64,000 nt of DNA from Eledone cirrhosa (taxonomy: Eukaryota): contig OZ024741.1 in the NCBI GenBank assembly GCA_964016885.1, positions 27,156,001 through 27,220,000 of the forward strand, read 5' to 3'. Under the pieces are notes generated by a model. The model ran no database searches, had not been told where the DNA came from, and saw only the letters and a program-made list of their open reading frames with translations. The position numbers and the translations under genes were made by a program. Shown here in pieces: positions 49,401 to 63,621 of this stretch (positions within the stretch are counted from its first letter, which is position 1; every line of letters starts with the position of its first letter).

Positions 49401-49811
49401 TCTGTGATGCTGGGACTGAGGAGACCATTAATCATGTGAGTACTCGATATATGGGGAGATGTAGAGTGGGTATAGAGATATGTAAAAACCCTTGAAAAGG
49501 CTTGCTGAACACCCAAGCTGAATCCACTTGGCACTGCGACGGGATATTACACTTGTGTGTGTGTGTGTGTGTGTGTGTGTCGAAAGAGAGATGGTTAGAT
49601 AGCTATATATATAGAGAGAGAGAGATGGTATGTGGTTCATTTCCTGCAGATGGTGCCATCACAGTTTTTTTTCTATCATATTTAGCTGATATATAAATGT
49701 ATCATTTAAATTTAAGTTGATCATAAAAATGTTAACTGTTATATTGTATATATACATACATGTGTGTGAGTGTTTCTCTGTAAGTATGTGTGTGTCTGTC
49801 TATGTAGGTTT

Positions 49812-50135
49812 GATAACTACAAATATATCATCTATGTAATAACTACAAATACGAGATATCTTCTATGTGATAAATACAAATATATATTTTCTCTGTAATA
49901 ACAAAAATGGGATATCTCCTCTGTGATATCTACAAAGATATCTTTTATGTGATAACTACAAATAAAAGATATCTTATATGCCATAACTACAAATATATCT
50001 TCTATGTGATAACTACAAATAAGAGATATCTTCTATGCGATAACTACAAAGATATCTTCTATGCGATAACTACAAATAAGAGATATCTTCTATGTGATAA
50101 CTACAAAGATATTTTCTATATGATAACTACATATA
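49812..50135. repeat. Diverged minisatellite (GATAACTACAAA..GATATCTTCTATGT)
   Basis: About 11 units of alternating length. Confidence 0.8.
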
Positions 50136-50617
50136 TTTCTTCTCCAACCATAAAAGGTGGAAGATGGATACATCTTTAGAGATAGATTATTTACTATTTT
50201 AGTGGATAAAGGAGACAAGAAGTGCCTCGTCCTTCCCCTTGAGAAGAAGTCAGTGCTATATTTATCACAATTAATATCCTCAGCAGCCATATATTCCTTT
50301 AGCTGACCCATGGATGTCTTTCACAGAATCCACTCTGTTGCAGGTATTCTGATCAGCTATCTTGTCTGAATATAACTTGTTATTTTCTACGGGACTCACA
50401 TCTTCTGAAAGGAATCCTGGGTGCTACTCTTTCTTTCTCTGATAAGCCATGGGTCCTTAACTCCTGATGCTGTTCTAAGGGGTGTATCTTGGGCACTTAA
50501 ACCTAGCAGAGCCCATTCCTCTGTAGGTCAGATCACAGCCAATTTCTCCCAGAGAAATTACAAGAGAGAGACAGAGAGACAGAAGTGATTAAGAGAATTA
50601 AAGGAAGACTCGACTGA

Positions 50618-50750
50618 ACTGGTACTTTATTTATCAACCTCAAAAAAATGAAAAGTGAAATTGATCTCAGCAGGATGTGAACTCAGTATGCCGAGAGCTG
50701 GAACAACTATCGCTATCTGTCCTATCCAGTGGTCTAACAACCCCACCACT
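50618..50750 (-). mobile_element. Degenerate Nin/Deu-like SINE
   Basis: Reverse complement of the TTTCAT...GATAAATAAAGTACCAG core and the B-box. Confidence 0.6.
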
Positions 50751-51002
50751 TTGCTTATACTCTGATAAGTAGTAACAAAATAACAAGACAGAAAAATGTC
50801 TAAACAAAAACCAGGTGAACTAAAATTTTGTTTCAAGTGTCATGAACTTTGTCTGTGGTTGGATGTGAACTCCTGACCTGATATGTCTGATGCCATGTTG
50901 CTTCAACCATTCTATTTTTTCTTCAAAAGACACATACATACATACACACACACACACGCATATATATATATGCAGTAATGATGATGATATATATTGATGT
51001 GT

Positions 51003-51455
51003 CATCATCATCATCATTCTTACATCTGTTTTTTTCATGCTTGCATGGGTTGCATAGGTCCTTTTCAGCACAGAATATCTCCACTCGCCGTGTTTCTTCA
51101 TCATTCAACATCATCATCACCAGTCACCGTCCATTTTTCCATGCTAGCTTATACTCTGATAAACAGTAAAATATATATATATATACACGCACATATATAT
51201 AAACATACATTCATCTCTCTCTGTATATATATATCATCATCATTTTATGTCGCTTTTCCTTGCAAGGGTGGGACAGGTCCTCTTCAGCACAGCATCTCTC
51301 CATTTGTCATGGTCCTTCGTCATCTCCTCCGTGAGCTTCAGCAATCTAGGGTCAGCTCTCACCACCTCCACCCATGTTTTTTGTGGTCTTCCTCAACTGC
51401 GTCTTCCTTCCACTGGGATTACTTGGCACTTCTTCACCCAGCGGTCATCATCCAT
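51003..51455 (-). mobile_element. Older RTE 3' fragments
   Basis: Homology to 31308-31650; (CAT)n tails. Confidence 0.7.
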
Positions 51456-51689
51456 ATGCACACATGTACACACACATGCACATGCATACATGTACACACA
51501 CATACACACAGACATGCACACACATGTACACATACATGCACACACATGTACACATACATGCACATACATATGTACACACACATACACACATTCACATGTC
51601 TGTTATATACAACCAATGAGAAATGTTACGCATTGTCACTGAACCTGTTGAAAATTCAGCAAAATCATTAATTCACATCGTTATTATCT

Positions 51690-52271
51690 ATGCTTTGTGG
51701 CACAGAGTTATGGCCCTTTACGCTCTGAGTTCAAATCCCGCCAAGGTGAGCTTTATATTTCATCCTTACGGGGTTGATAAGATAAAGTACCAGTAATGCA
51801 CTGGGGTCGATTTAATCGCTGGCCTTGTGCCTAAAAGTGGAAACAATTATTTTAAAATGTGGAGGAGGAAATGGGTTATGTTTTTAAAAAAATATGATAG
51901 ATGTGATGGTCATGGCTGGAAGTGTTAGAGAATCAAGACTGACCAGTGGCTAAACAACACAGACATATATGTTAGAACTGTTAGAGAACCAGGACTGACC
52001 AGTGCTAAACAACAACAACAAAACACATATATGTTAGAACTGTTGGTGTTGATATTTATGATGTGTTGTAGCCATTGTTGTTGTTGTAGTGGTGGTTGTG
52101 GTGGTGGTGGTTGTCATTGTCGCTGTCACTGTTGTTACTGTCATTTTTGTTGTTTATTATTTTGGACATGCTTTCCAGCATAGTTACGTACCTTTACGAT
52201 TTGAGTTCAAATCCCGCCGAAGTTAACTTTGCCTTTCATCCTTACGGGGTCGATAAAATAAAATACCAATA
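51690..52271 (+). mobile_element. Two SINE fragments (51690-51850; 52163-52271)
   Basis: GAGTTCAAATCCCGCC B-box and TTTCATCCTTACGGGGT.GATAA core. Confidence 0.75.
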
Positions 52272-52272
52272 A

Positions 52273-53803
52273 TCATCATCATCATCATCAACGTTTAACA
52301 TCTATCTTCCACGCTAGCATGGGTTTAGACGGGAATTTGTCCTACTTGAGGCAAGATTGGTCGGGTGACCATGTCTCGCTCGTATAGGACTGTCTGGCAG
52401 GTTTTCTACGGCTGGATGCCCTTCCTAACACCAACCACATTTACTGTGTGGAACTGAGAGATTTTTACCATGTTAACTACACGGCCACATTGCAGCGTAG
52501 ACTGTGTTTTTTTTTTTTGTCGTGACACCTACACAACCTCATTTATTTTGGACTGGATGTTGTGGTACCAACATAACTTTACAGAGAAAGGGTGGTGTTG
52601 ATGGGAGTGGGGGGGGGGGGGTGAAGTAGGGGTAGTGGGATGGGGGTATATATTTGGTTAGGAGGTGCCTACTGACTGTAGGTTTTGCTTTGTACATAGG
52701 CAAGGTGGGTCTTCTGTATTACTGCATGGCACCAACCATCTTGATCCAGTGACATTGTCTTAGAGAGGTGTATTTGTGTGAGGTCGGAATTTATCAAATC
52801 GTCCCAGGTTTTTCTGGGTCTACCTACTCTGTAACTTCCATCAATTTTGATCGCCCTGCACTTTTTTATACAGCTGTCGTCTTTCATGCGCATCACATGA
52901 CCATACCAATGTAGTCTTCTTTCGATTAAACAGCATCTGATCCCTCTTATTCCTAATTTCTCACTTAGTTCATTTATGCTTTGCCGTTCGCATATATTAC
53001 TATTACACATCCAACAGAGCATGAATGCTCGTTCCTCTCCAGTCTGCACAGATCCCCTGCAAACAAAGCCCATGTCTCACTGTCATGTAACATTGCTGTT
53101 CGTATACAGGCATCATACAATCTGCCTTTCATTTTTAGAGAGAAACCTTTAGTGATCAATAGTGGTATAAGCTCTCTGAACATTTTCCATCCCATTCTGA
53201 CTCTGGCTACTGTACTTTCAGAGCACCCTCCACCACTGCTGATTTTGACACCCAGATAACGGAAGGTGTCCACTATTTCTATAGAACCATCTGGGCAATA
53301 GAAGGAGCTAGTATCCTGTGGGCACTTGCTACTTATTGGACTTGAGCATCGGCCACATATAAAGTCTACGTTCTTAGATAGCTTACCTGTGATCCCACTA
53401 CATCTTTTATGTACCCATAGTTTGCATTTGGGACATAATATGGAATTTCTGCCTACTCCTTTCCTACACACTGAGCATGGCCATTTGCCAGAGGCTACCT
53501 GTGCCCTATTTTCCTTTCTACATACTAGAACTTTAGTCTTAGACAAGTTAACTTTAAGGCCTTTTGATTCTAGGCCATGCTTCCATGTTTGGAATTTCTT
53601 CTCTAGTTCAGCTATCGATTCAGCTATGAGAGTTAGATCATCTGCGTATAGAAGTTCCCATGGGCAGCCGGTCTTGAACTCCTCTGTTATAGCCTGAAGG
53701 GCAATAATAAATAGGAGGGGGCTAAGGACACCAACTTTTACGCTAAATGGATGAACACCAACTTTTACGCTAAATTCTTCACTATATTCGTTGTTAATTC
53801 TAA
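52273..53803 (-). mobile_element. 5'-truncated degenerate RTE LINE, family A
   Basis: ORFs 52974-53800 (YADD, PHD-like finger, FRYLG) and 52669-53073; 3' UTR and tail. Confidence 0.95.
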
Positions 53804-53949
53804 TGTACTGGGTAATTGCTGGCCTTGTGCCAAAAGTAGAAGCAGTTATTATGTTGTTGTTGTTACTCAGCCTATGTTTTAAAGAACATGTGGAACCACA
53901 GTATAAAATGTTTCTCAGTAGATGTAATCCTTTTATTACCATATTTTCA

Positions 53950-56900
53950 AAACTCTGAGTTGGTACCATCAATGTAGGCACAATGAAAGGAAGAGCAGGA
54001 GAAATCGTAGAAATGCTAGAGCGAAAGGAAATTGATGTATGCTGTGTGCAAGAGACTAGATGGAGAGGAGAGTCTGCTAGAGTCCTTGTAGGAAAAAGTC
54101 GGTACTACAAATTTTTCTGGGTGGGAAATAACGATGGGATGGGTAGTGTAGGTATACTACTAGCTGACAAGTGGGTAGATAAAATAATCTCAGTGTACAG
54201 TGTAAATGCAAGAATCATTAAACTCAGACTAAATAAAACAGTCCTGAATAAAACAATTACCACAATAATATCAGCTTACACACCCCAATCGGGGCTGCCA
54301 GACGAACTTAAGGATACGTTTTACGAGTCCCTAATGCACACTACTGCTCTAACAGACGACAATGACTTCCTAATCATCGCAGGAGATTTTAACGGACATG
54401 TAGGTAAACACTGCGACGGCTTGAATAGAGTACATGGAGGCCATGGGGTTGGCACAAGAAATGAGGAAGGATTCAGACTTCTAGAATTCTGTGACGCCAA
54501 TGACATGTCGATATGTAACACAAACTTTAAAAAACCCGACAACCACCTGATCACCTATAGATCAGGGGAGCATTCTAGTCAGATAGATTTTATCCTCATC
54601 AGAGGACGTGACAGATGGACGGTCGTAAACACAAAAGCCTTCCTTAGTTAGTGAGGAATGTACATCCCAACATAGCTTAGTTGTCAGCGACCTCACAGTC
54701 AGAACTAGACGAACCTGGAAACAGGCCAACCTGGAGAAGAAAGATCTGGAAGCTCAAAGACCCCTCAACCAGTAACAGATTTAAAGATATTTTACTCAAC
54801 ACCTACGACAGTAAAGAAGAACAGATACAGACATTCAATGTAGAAGAGAACTGGGAGTTCCTAAAAAATAACTTACTAGAGGCGGCGGATGAGGTCTGTG
54901 GCTGGAGTAAGACCTCAAGCAGGAGGAGAGTGACTTGGTGGTGGAACAATAAGGTAGATGAGGCAGTTAAGGCCAAGAGACAGGCATGGAAAGAATGGAA
55001 GAACAGGGGGAGCAGGGTACATTACATAGAGACCAAGAGGGAAGCTAGGCGACAAGTATACTTAGCTAGGAGGGAAGCAGAGGATAGAAAATTCAAGCAT
55101 GTTTTGCAACGTGAGGACCAGAAACAGGAGGTGTTCAAGATTGCGAGGCAGTGTGTCAGAGAGAGTTGTGATGTCATTGGAGAGAAGTGTATCCGGAATG
55201 ATAAAGGTGAGCTTGCCCTCACAAGTGCTGAGAAGAAAGATGCATGGAAGAGTCATTATGATAGATTACTAAATGAGGAGAATGCATGGGAAGAAGAGAC
55301 CCTACCCCAAGTAGACCCTATAGAGGGGCCAGCAGTACAAGTCAGCAGCAACGTAGTAAGTAAGGCAATCAAAGATATGAAGATGGGGAAGGCAACCGGT
55401 CCATCGGGTATAGCTGCCGAGATGCTGAAGGCATCTGGGTCTGTAGGTCACACTATAACCACACGTATTGTTAACCAGGTAATACTAGAAGATGTCATAC
55501 CAAAAGATTGGTGCAGTAGGATCATTGTCAACTGCTACAAAGGTAAAGGTGATGCACTAGATAGAGGAAACTATAAAGGTATAAAGCTGATGGAAAGGTC
55601 ATGAAAGTAACAGAAAGAGTTATAGCACAGTTGATTAGGGACCGGGTGAAATTAGACGAGATGCAATTTGGGTTTGTACCAGGAAGAGGCACCACTGATG
55701 CCCTCTTCCTTGTCAGGCAGTTACAGGAAAAGTACCTAGCTAAAAGTAAGCCATCTACGTGGCATTTGTCGACCTTGAGAAAGCCTTTGACAGAGTTCCA
55801 CATGCTGTAATCTGGTGTGCTCTTAGAAAACTAGGAGTAGATGAATGGCTTGTGAAAGCTGTACAAGCCATGTATAGGGGAGCAGTCAGCAAAGTTAGGA
55901 TTAGCAATGAGTATAGCAAGGAATTTAGCATACAGGTTGGTGTCCACCAGGGCTCTGTTCTTAGCCCTCTCCTGTTCATCATAGTCTTGCAGGCAATAAC
56001 GGAGGAGTTTAAGACCGGATGCCCATGGGAACTCCTGTATGCAGACGACCTCGCACTTATAGCTGAATCTATGGTAGAGCTAGAGAAGAAATTCCAAGCA
56101 GGGACTAGAAAGAAAGGGTCTCAAAGTCAACCTGACAAAGACTAAGGACCTTGTAAGTAGACGAGAAAACAGAACCCAGATCCCTCCAGGGAAATGGCCT
56201 TGCTCAGTATGTAGGAAAGGTGTAGGTAGGAACTCCATTCTCTGCCCCAAATGCAAACAATGGGTACACAAGAGATGTAGCGGGATCTGAGGAAGCTTAA
56301 TTAAGAATGTAGGCTTCACATGCAGCAGCTGTGCTGGGACAGCAAGCAGCAAACAGCCACAGGAAACAAGTACCACCAATCTCTGGGAGGGCTCTGTAGA
56401 AACAGTAGACAGCTTCTGATACCTAGGTGACCGAATTAGCAGTGGAGGTGGGTGTTCAGAAAGTACAATAACTAGGGTAAGAACGGGATGGAAGAAGTTT
56501 AGGGAACTACTACTACTGCTAGCTGCAAAAGGCTTCTCCCTCAGACTGTATGATGCGTGTATCCGAACAGCGATGTTGCATGGTAGTGAGACCTGGGCGC
56601 TGAAGGTGGAAGACTTACGTAGATTAGAGAGAAACGAAGCCTGCATGCTCCGATGGATGTGTAACAGTAATATACGTGAATGACAAAGCATAAATGAATT
56701 GAGAGAGAGACTGAGCATAAGAGGAATCAAATGCTGTGTGCAGGAGAGGCGGTTGCGCTGGTATGGACATGTGATGCGTATGAAGGATGACAGCTGCATA
56801 AAAAGGTGCAGAGCACTAGAAGTTGATGGAAACCGCGGAGTGGGGAGACCCAAGATGACCTGGGATGAGGTGATAAAAGCCGACCTTACCAAATTACACC

Positions 56901-57293
56901 TCTCAAAGGCAATGACACACGACCGTCACCTCTGGCGTCAGACAGTAATACAGAGTAGCCGACCTCCCATGGGTACAAGCTGAAGCATATAGACAATATG
57001 CCCCCACACCCCCCACTGCAAGGTGGTCGTGGAGGTGCCACGGCAAAAAAGCACCCAGCCCACACTGTAAAGTGGACGTGTAGGCGCCACGAAAAAGCAC
57101 CCAGCACTCACTGTAAATGAGGTTGGTGTTAGGAAGGGCATCCAGCTGTAGAAATCAAGCCAAATCAGTTCCTGTATGAGCAAGGCATGGTCAGCCGACC
57201 AGACACTGCCCACAACAGGACAACCTGTCTAACCCATGCTAGCGTGGAAGAACGGACGTAAAACGGTGATGATGATGATGATGATGATGATGA
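53950..57293 (+). mobile_element. Long degenerate RTE LINE, family B (APE+RT)
   Basis: ORF pieces 53983-54651 (CCVQETRW, GDFNGH, QIDFIL), 54681-55604, 55601-55810, 55759-56145 (YADD) and 56699-56983; 3' UTR and (GAT)n tail. Confidence 0.95.
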
Positions 57294-57494
57294 TTTCTAA
57301 TGAAAGAGACTGCTTACGAATTTCAAATTCAAATAATTTTGAAAATAATCAATAATATTTTTGGACAACTTCCTTCTGTTTGGTCATAACTGGCCAGAGA
57401 TTTGTGGCTGGAATGTTCTACTCCATGGTGTAAAACTGGACAAAGTGTTTTAGCGGAAGTCCACTGGACAATGTGTTTTTGTGGAAGTCCAGTA

Positions 57495-59090
57495 ATCACC
57501 CATACACACCTGTCTCTCCACACCACCAATGTCCTCCAAGGGTAGCCACCCATACACACCTATCTCTCCTCTCCACGCTACCAATGTCCTCCAAGGGAAG
57601 TCTCCCTTACCTGTCCTTTCCACACCACCAATGTCCTCCAAGGGAAGTCACCCTTAACTGTCCTCTCCACGCTACCAATGTCCTCCAAGGGAAGTCACCC
57701 TTACCTGTCCTCTCCACACCACCAATGTCCTCCAAGGGTAGCCACCCATACACACCTATCTCTCCTCTCCACGCTACCAATGTCCTCCAAGGGAAGTCTC
57801 CCTTACCTGTCCTTTCCACACCACCAATGTCCTCCAAGGGAAGTCACCCTTACCTGTCCTCTCCACGCTACCAATGTCCTCCAAGGGAAGTCACCCTTAC
57901 CTGTCCTCTCCACACCACCAATGTCCTCCAAGGGTAGCCACCCATACACACCTATCTCTCCTCTCCACGCTACCAATGTCCTCCAAGGGAAGTCTCCCTT
58001 ACCTGTCCTTTCCACACCACCAATGTCCTCCAAGGGAAGTCACCCTTACCTGTCCTCTCCACACCATCAATGTCCTCCAAGGGAAGTCACCCTTACCTGT
58101 CCCCTCCACGCTACCAATGTCCTCCAAGGGAAGTCACCCTTACCTGTCCTTTCCATGCTACCAATGTCCTCCAAGGGAAGTCACCCTTACCTGTCCTTTC
58201 CATGCTACCAATGTCCTCCAAGGGAAGTCACCCTTACCTGTCCTTTCCATGCTACCAATGTCCTCCAAGGGAAGTCACCCTTACCTGTCCTCTCCACGCT
58301 ACCAATGTCCTCCAAGGGAAGTCACCCTTACCTGTCCTCTCCACGCTACCAATGTCCTCCAAGGGAAGTCACCCTTACCTGTCCTCTCCACACCACCAAT
58401 GTCCTCCAAGGGTAGCCACCCTTACCTGTCCTCTCCACACCACCAATGTCCTCCAAGGGTAGCCACCCATACACACCTATCTCTCCTCTCCACGCTACCA
58501 ATGTCCTCCAAGGGAAGTCACCCTTACCTGTCCTCTCCACGCTACCAATGTCCTCCAAGGGAAGTCACCCTTACCTGTCCTTTCCACACCACCAATGTCC
58601 TCCAAGGGAAGTCACCCTTACCTGTCCTCTCCACGCTACCAATGTCCTCCAAGGGAAGTCACCCTTACCTGTCCTCTCCACACGACCAATGTCCTCCAAG
58701 GGTAGCCACCCATACACACCTATCTCTCCTCTCCACGCTACCAATGTCCTCCAAGGGAAGTCACCCTTACCTGTCCTTTCCATGCTACCAATGTCCTCCA
58801 AGGGAAGTCACCCTTACCTGTCCTCTCCACGCTACCAATGTTCTCCAAGGGAAGTCACCCTTACCTGTCCTCTCCACACCACCAATGTCCTCCAAGGGTA
58901 GCCACCCATACACACCTATCTCTCCTCTCCACGCTACCAATGTCCTCCAAGGGAAGTCACCCTTACCTGTCCTTTCCATGCTACCAATGTCCTCCAAGGG
59001 AAGTCACCCTTACCTGTCCTCTCCACACCACCAATGTCCTCCAAGGGAAGTCACCCTTACCTGTCCTTTCCATGCTACCAATGTCCTCTA
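57495..59090. repeat. 47-bp minisatellite with a 55-bp variant (196-bp higher-order unit)
   Basis: ACCAATGTCCTCCAAGGGAAGTCACCCTTACCTGTCCTCTCCACGCT; 3x47+55=196 matches the ORF-track offsets (57607 vs 57803). Confidence 0.95.
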
Positions 59091-59299
59091 AGAGAACACC
59101 AATGGTTAATACAACTTGGAACCAGTGATATCACAACTTAGTTTTCTACAGCAGAGTAGACTGGAACATCATAAAATAAACTTTCTCATAAAGCTGGTGT
59201 CAGGAACATAACTTAACAAAGGGTTTTAGATTAATAAACACCTTAAAATATACAGTTTTGTATTGTAGAACAAGGAGTACTTAACTCCTCCTCTTTTTC

Positions 59300-59965
59300 C
59301 TCATACTTCACCTGTTTTTCATTCATTCCTCCATTCTTTAATTCCTCTATTCTCTTAATTCCTCCATTCCCTCATTCTCTCATTCCTCCACTCTCTCATT
59401 CCTCATTCTCTCGTTCTTCCGTTCTCTCATTCCTCCATTCTCTCATTCATCCATTCTCTGGTTCCTCCATTCTCTCATTCATCCATTCACCATTCTGCCA
59501 TTCTCTCATTTCTCCATTCTCTCATTTCTCCATTCTCCCATTCCCCCATTCTGCCATTCTCTCATTCCCCCATTCTGCCATTCTCTCGTTCCTCCATTCC
59601 ATCATTCCTCCATTCCATCATTCCATCATTCCCTCATTCTTCAATTCTTGTATTCCTCCATTCCATCATTCTGTACAATCCTTTGTTTCAACCATTATTT
59701 CCTATTGTTTCTTGTAAGGATGTTGTGTCATATGACTCACAGTGACACTGCAAGGTGGTGGTGGTGGTGGTGGTGGTGGTGATAGTAGTGGTGGTGGTGG
59801 TGGTGGTGATAGTTGTGGTGGTGGTGGTGTTGGTAGTGGTGGTTGTGGTGGTGGTGGTGGTGGTGGTGATAGTTGTGGTGGTGGTGGTGGTGATAGTAGT
59901 GGTGGTGGTGGTGGTTGTGGTGGTGGTAGTATATGATAGCAATGGTGGTGGTGGTGGTGGTGTCA
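59300..59965. repeat. CATTC-rich low-complexity tract and (GGT)n tract
   Basis: Directly visible. Confidence 0.85.
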
Positions 59966-60603
59966 GTGGTTGTGGTTTTAGTTGTAGTAGTAGGAGGAGC
60001 GATAGAGGAGTGACTGGTGTTTAGCTAATTTCTTGTTTGGCCACACTTTCTCTCTCTCTCTCTCTCTCCCCAAGCCCCACTCTCTCATCCAGTTCGACAT
60101 TGGGGTTATGACTGACAAGAAAAACAGATAAACAGGGTCTGTATGTGTGTAGGTGTGTATGTGTACAGGTGTGTAGGTAGGTGTATTTCTGTTAATGCAA
60201 CTATATATGTGTATGAGTGTCTGTTGTCGAATGAAGGATGCAGTTTATATATGTATATCTTCTTGTATTGATTTCAGTTAAGGACTACAACCATGGTGGA
60301 GTGGGTGGTGGGGACATCAAAATATGTGTGTGTGTGTGTGTGTGTGAGTGACTGTGTGTGTAAATCTCAAAGGATGGGACTCGTGGAAGAGGCAGACCCA
60401 GAAAGACATGGGATGAGGTAGTGAGGACTGACTTTAAGATGAATCTCACAGTTGAGATGACAGTGAAGATTGGTGGAGACTGATGAAGATCTGCCTACTG
60501 ACCTATCCATCCCCTTCCAATATCACTTCTTAGTAGCTATCCTCACCATTTTTGACACATACTTGTCCCATTCACCCTTCCCTCCACTATCTTTAGCCGT
60601 TAC

Positions 60604-60942
60604 ATGTTACTCGATAGAGTGCATAGATCAGAGATCAAATATTCACTCCAGGTAGAACCAGTACTTCTTGGAATTGAGAGATCACAGCTCCGATACTATG
60701 GACATGTGGTTAGAATGTCTCAGGAAAGAATCACTGGACAGATTTTACAGACAATCGGCAAGACACCCAGGGGTAGACCCCGAGCAGGATGGTTGGATAA
60801 CATCCTTGAGTTTGACCTGGTCTCACTTGGGGACCCAGCCGGATTAGTTAGAGATGATTGTTTCTGGCAGGACCTGCTGGAAGGAGTGTTTGAGGATTCT
60901 TCCCCCATGACCCTCTCAGGAATATGTGGGCAAGAAGAAAAA
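60604..60942 (+). mobile_element. RTE-like LINE C-terminal fragment (GAA-tailed family)
   Basis: IERSQLRYYGHVVRM...RGRPRAGWLDNI motif. Confidence 0.75.
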
Positions 60943-61347
60943 TGTACACACTCTATGTCCAAAATCACCACTCCACATTTTGCCTATCCAGTAAAAGATA
61001 TAGCCTCTGTCTACCTCTTGTAATTGGACATTTCCTGCAAACTGAGTTTCTGAAAGAGCCACTGCTGATGTTTTGCCGAGATAAGACACACGAGCTATGA
61101 TAGCTCTACTATGTTCAGGGTTATGTTCATATCCTGCAAAGTTCTGACATTCCATGAAGCCCTGTACATTTTGTTTTGGCTGCAAGGGAGGGATGCCTAG
61201 TCACCTGCACCTGATGACCAGGTTAAGCATAAGTGAACAATGTTTAAATTTTTATTTTCTTGACCCCTCTTCTAAAGAGGAAATCAGTATCATCCTATAA
61301 AGGACTGCTTTGTTGTCAGACGAGGACACACATCTAACAATTTCTCG

Positions 61348-61616
61348 TATGTGTTGTGAGAGACAGTCATCCACCTTTCATGACATATGTGTTGTGAGAG
61401 ACAGTCATCCACCTTTCATGACATATGTGTTGTGAGAGACAGTCATCCACCTTTCATGACATATGTGTTGTGAGAGACAGTCATCCACCTTTCATGACAT
61501 ATATGTTGTGAGAGACAGTTATCCACCTTTCATGACATATGTGTTGTGAGAGACAGTCATCCACCTTTCATGACATATGTGTTGTGAGAGACAGTCATCC
61601 ACCTTTCATGACATGT
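61348..61616. repeat. 38-bp minisatellite (ATGTGTTGTGAGAGACAGTCATCCACCTTTCATGACAT)
   Basis: Seven copies. Confidence 0.95.
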
Positions 61617-62364
61617 GCAAAGATCATGTTAGAGACTTCCTGCAACATCCTCTGCCTGCCTCTACTGCAATTCTTTCATCGCCAGGGTATTTAAGGGGCA
61701 CACAAGATTACAAGGTATTTAAGGGACATACAAGATTACAGGGTATTTAAGAGGCACTCAACATTACAGGGTATTTAAGGGGCACACAAGATTACAGAGT
61801 ATTTGCTGAACAACCTATACAATTGGTTTGTTTACAAGAATCAGTTGTCTGTGCCATACTTCACACACTCCCTCCATTATAACATCAGTCCTATACTGGT
61901 GCACAATGTGCCACATGTCAGATGAGGCTATAATCACAGGCTTTGGGAACAGGAGTTGTCCATCTCCAAGGCTGATTGTCTTAACAAGACTAGAGGCTCC
62001 AGCCCACCCTCTCCAGAGTAAAACAAAACAAAAAAACTTCTAAATGTTTAGAAAGTTTAAAAGTTACAAAACCGATAAAAAATTTTAAAATTATAATGAA
62101 AATAAATACACACATACACAGTCACCCCATCCCTACCTACACTCACAACATACATATGTAGATACAATGGGATGACTGGTGACACTCTTCAGTTTCTCTG
62201 CTCTTTGACGGGTTTTATTTTTTATCCTGCAGGGTGCCCCAAATCAACCCCCTCACCAACCAAGCTTGGTGGGGTTGGTAGTTTAATCCCCAATGACCCA
62301 ACCATGTGGTAAGTTGTACTGTGTTACATGTTTCCAGTAGCACTCAAGAGCAATCATACATATA

Positions 62365-62444
62365 CAGGGAGTCCCCCAAAAATGTATACACACTTCAACA
62401 GCATTCTAATAAACGTGTATACATTTTTTGGGGGGGACACCCTG
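62365..62444. mobile_element. 80-bp Tc1/mariner-type MITE
   Basis: TA|CAGGGAGTCCCCCAAAAATGTATACAC...GTGTATACATTTTTTGGGGGGGACACCCTG|TA; TIRs with TA target duplication. Confidence 0.75.
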
Positions 62445-62587
62445 TATATATATATGTGAGTGTGTGGATGTATATATATATATTGTGGGGAATTTAGATT
62501 GATTTAATGACAGAGACACAAAAACCGACACAATTTTACAATCTTGCTTCCAATAAACTGCACAATGGAAGCTATGGCACATGAGTG

Positions 62588-62729
62588 GATAAGTCACTTT
62601 GGAGTATATCATAGTGGCTTGGTCATAGGAATGTGGCACCCATATAGAACAGGCAGATAAGTCACTTTGGAGTATATCATAGTGGCTTGGTCATAGGAAT
62701 GTGGCACCCATATAGAACAGGCAGATAAC
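62588..62729. repeat. 68-bp tandem duplication
   Basis: Two exact copies starting at 62588 and 62656. Confidence 0.9.
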
Positions 62730-62742
62730 AATAAAAGAAATG

Positions 62743-62774
<32 letters not shown>

Positions 62775-62779
62775 AATTA

Positions 62780-63177
62780 TTAACCATCTTGCCCAACAAC
62801 AACCTTTTTTTATTTCCATGTGTCTAACACACATGGGCATGCCAACAAAGTCAGAAAACAGCACAGCTCCATGACTTTCGGAAACATTTTTTCACGCTCA
62901 AAGTTGCTGAAGCATGGAACAAACTACCTGCATCAGTTATTAGCTGTTGAGACACTACATCCTTTAAAACCTCCATGCTTCCTGAGATTCGCCAACACTA
63001 CACCTGATATCCCCCCCTCCATACACACGTACACATATATATCATGACTCATACACTATTCACTTCCCTGACATTTGTATATTATTTTATGTACTATACA
63101 TGCACCTTTGATGAGTTGTAGTGCACCTGAGCACTGTACACAATAATTTCATTATTATTATTATTATTATTATTATA
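62780..63177 (+). mobile_element. CR1-like LINE 3' end with (ATT)n tail
   Basis: HGHANKVRKQH../RKHFFTLKVAEAWNKLPASV..SFK matches the CR1 ORF2 C-terminal RGH..KL...FF..RV...WN.LP pattern. Confidence 0.7.
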
Positions 63178-63179
63178 TA

Positions 63180-63452
63180 ATAATTGTTTCTACTTTAGGA
63201 ACAAGGCCAGCAATTACCCAGTGCATTACTGGTACTTTATTTTATCGACCTCGTAAGGATGAAAGGCAAAGTCGACCTCTGCGGGATAATAATAATAATG
63301 AAATATTGTGTACAGTGCTCAGGTGCACTACAACTCATCAAAATGTGTATGTATAGTACATAGGGAAATGTACAAACATCAGGAAAATGAACAGCGCATG
63401 AGTCATGATATACACATGTGTGCATGTGTATGGAAGGGGGACATCAGGTGTA
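63180..63452 (-). mobile_element. SINE fragment (63180-63285) and second CR1-like 3' UTR (63286-63452), both minus strand
   Basis: Reverse complement of the SINE core/tail; 63286-63452 is the inverted homolog of 62998-63165. Confidence 0.7.
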
Positions 63453-63621
63453 TATATATATAGTGTAGGTGATTCAGTGAATTACTGGTGGTACCAAAAC
63501 ACTTTCTACACAAGCAGATTGTATATATTAAAATAAAAACGATTAAGTTTCGTTTACATATATTTAGTTACATATATTGTGTATTAACCTGTTGTGTGCA
63601 TTTCACAGAGGTCACCTCTAG

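Noticed and set aside
61205-61250. CTGATGA motif
   Set aside because: No paired stem II or GAAA follows.
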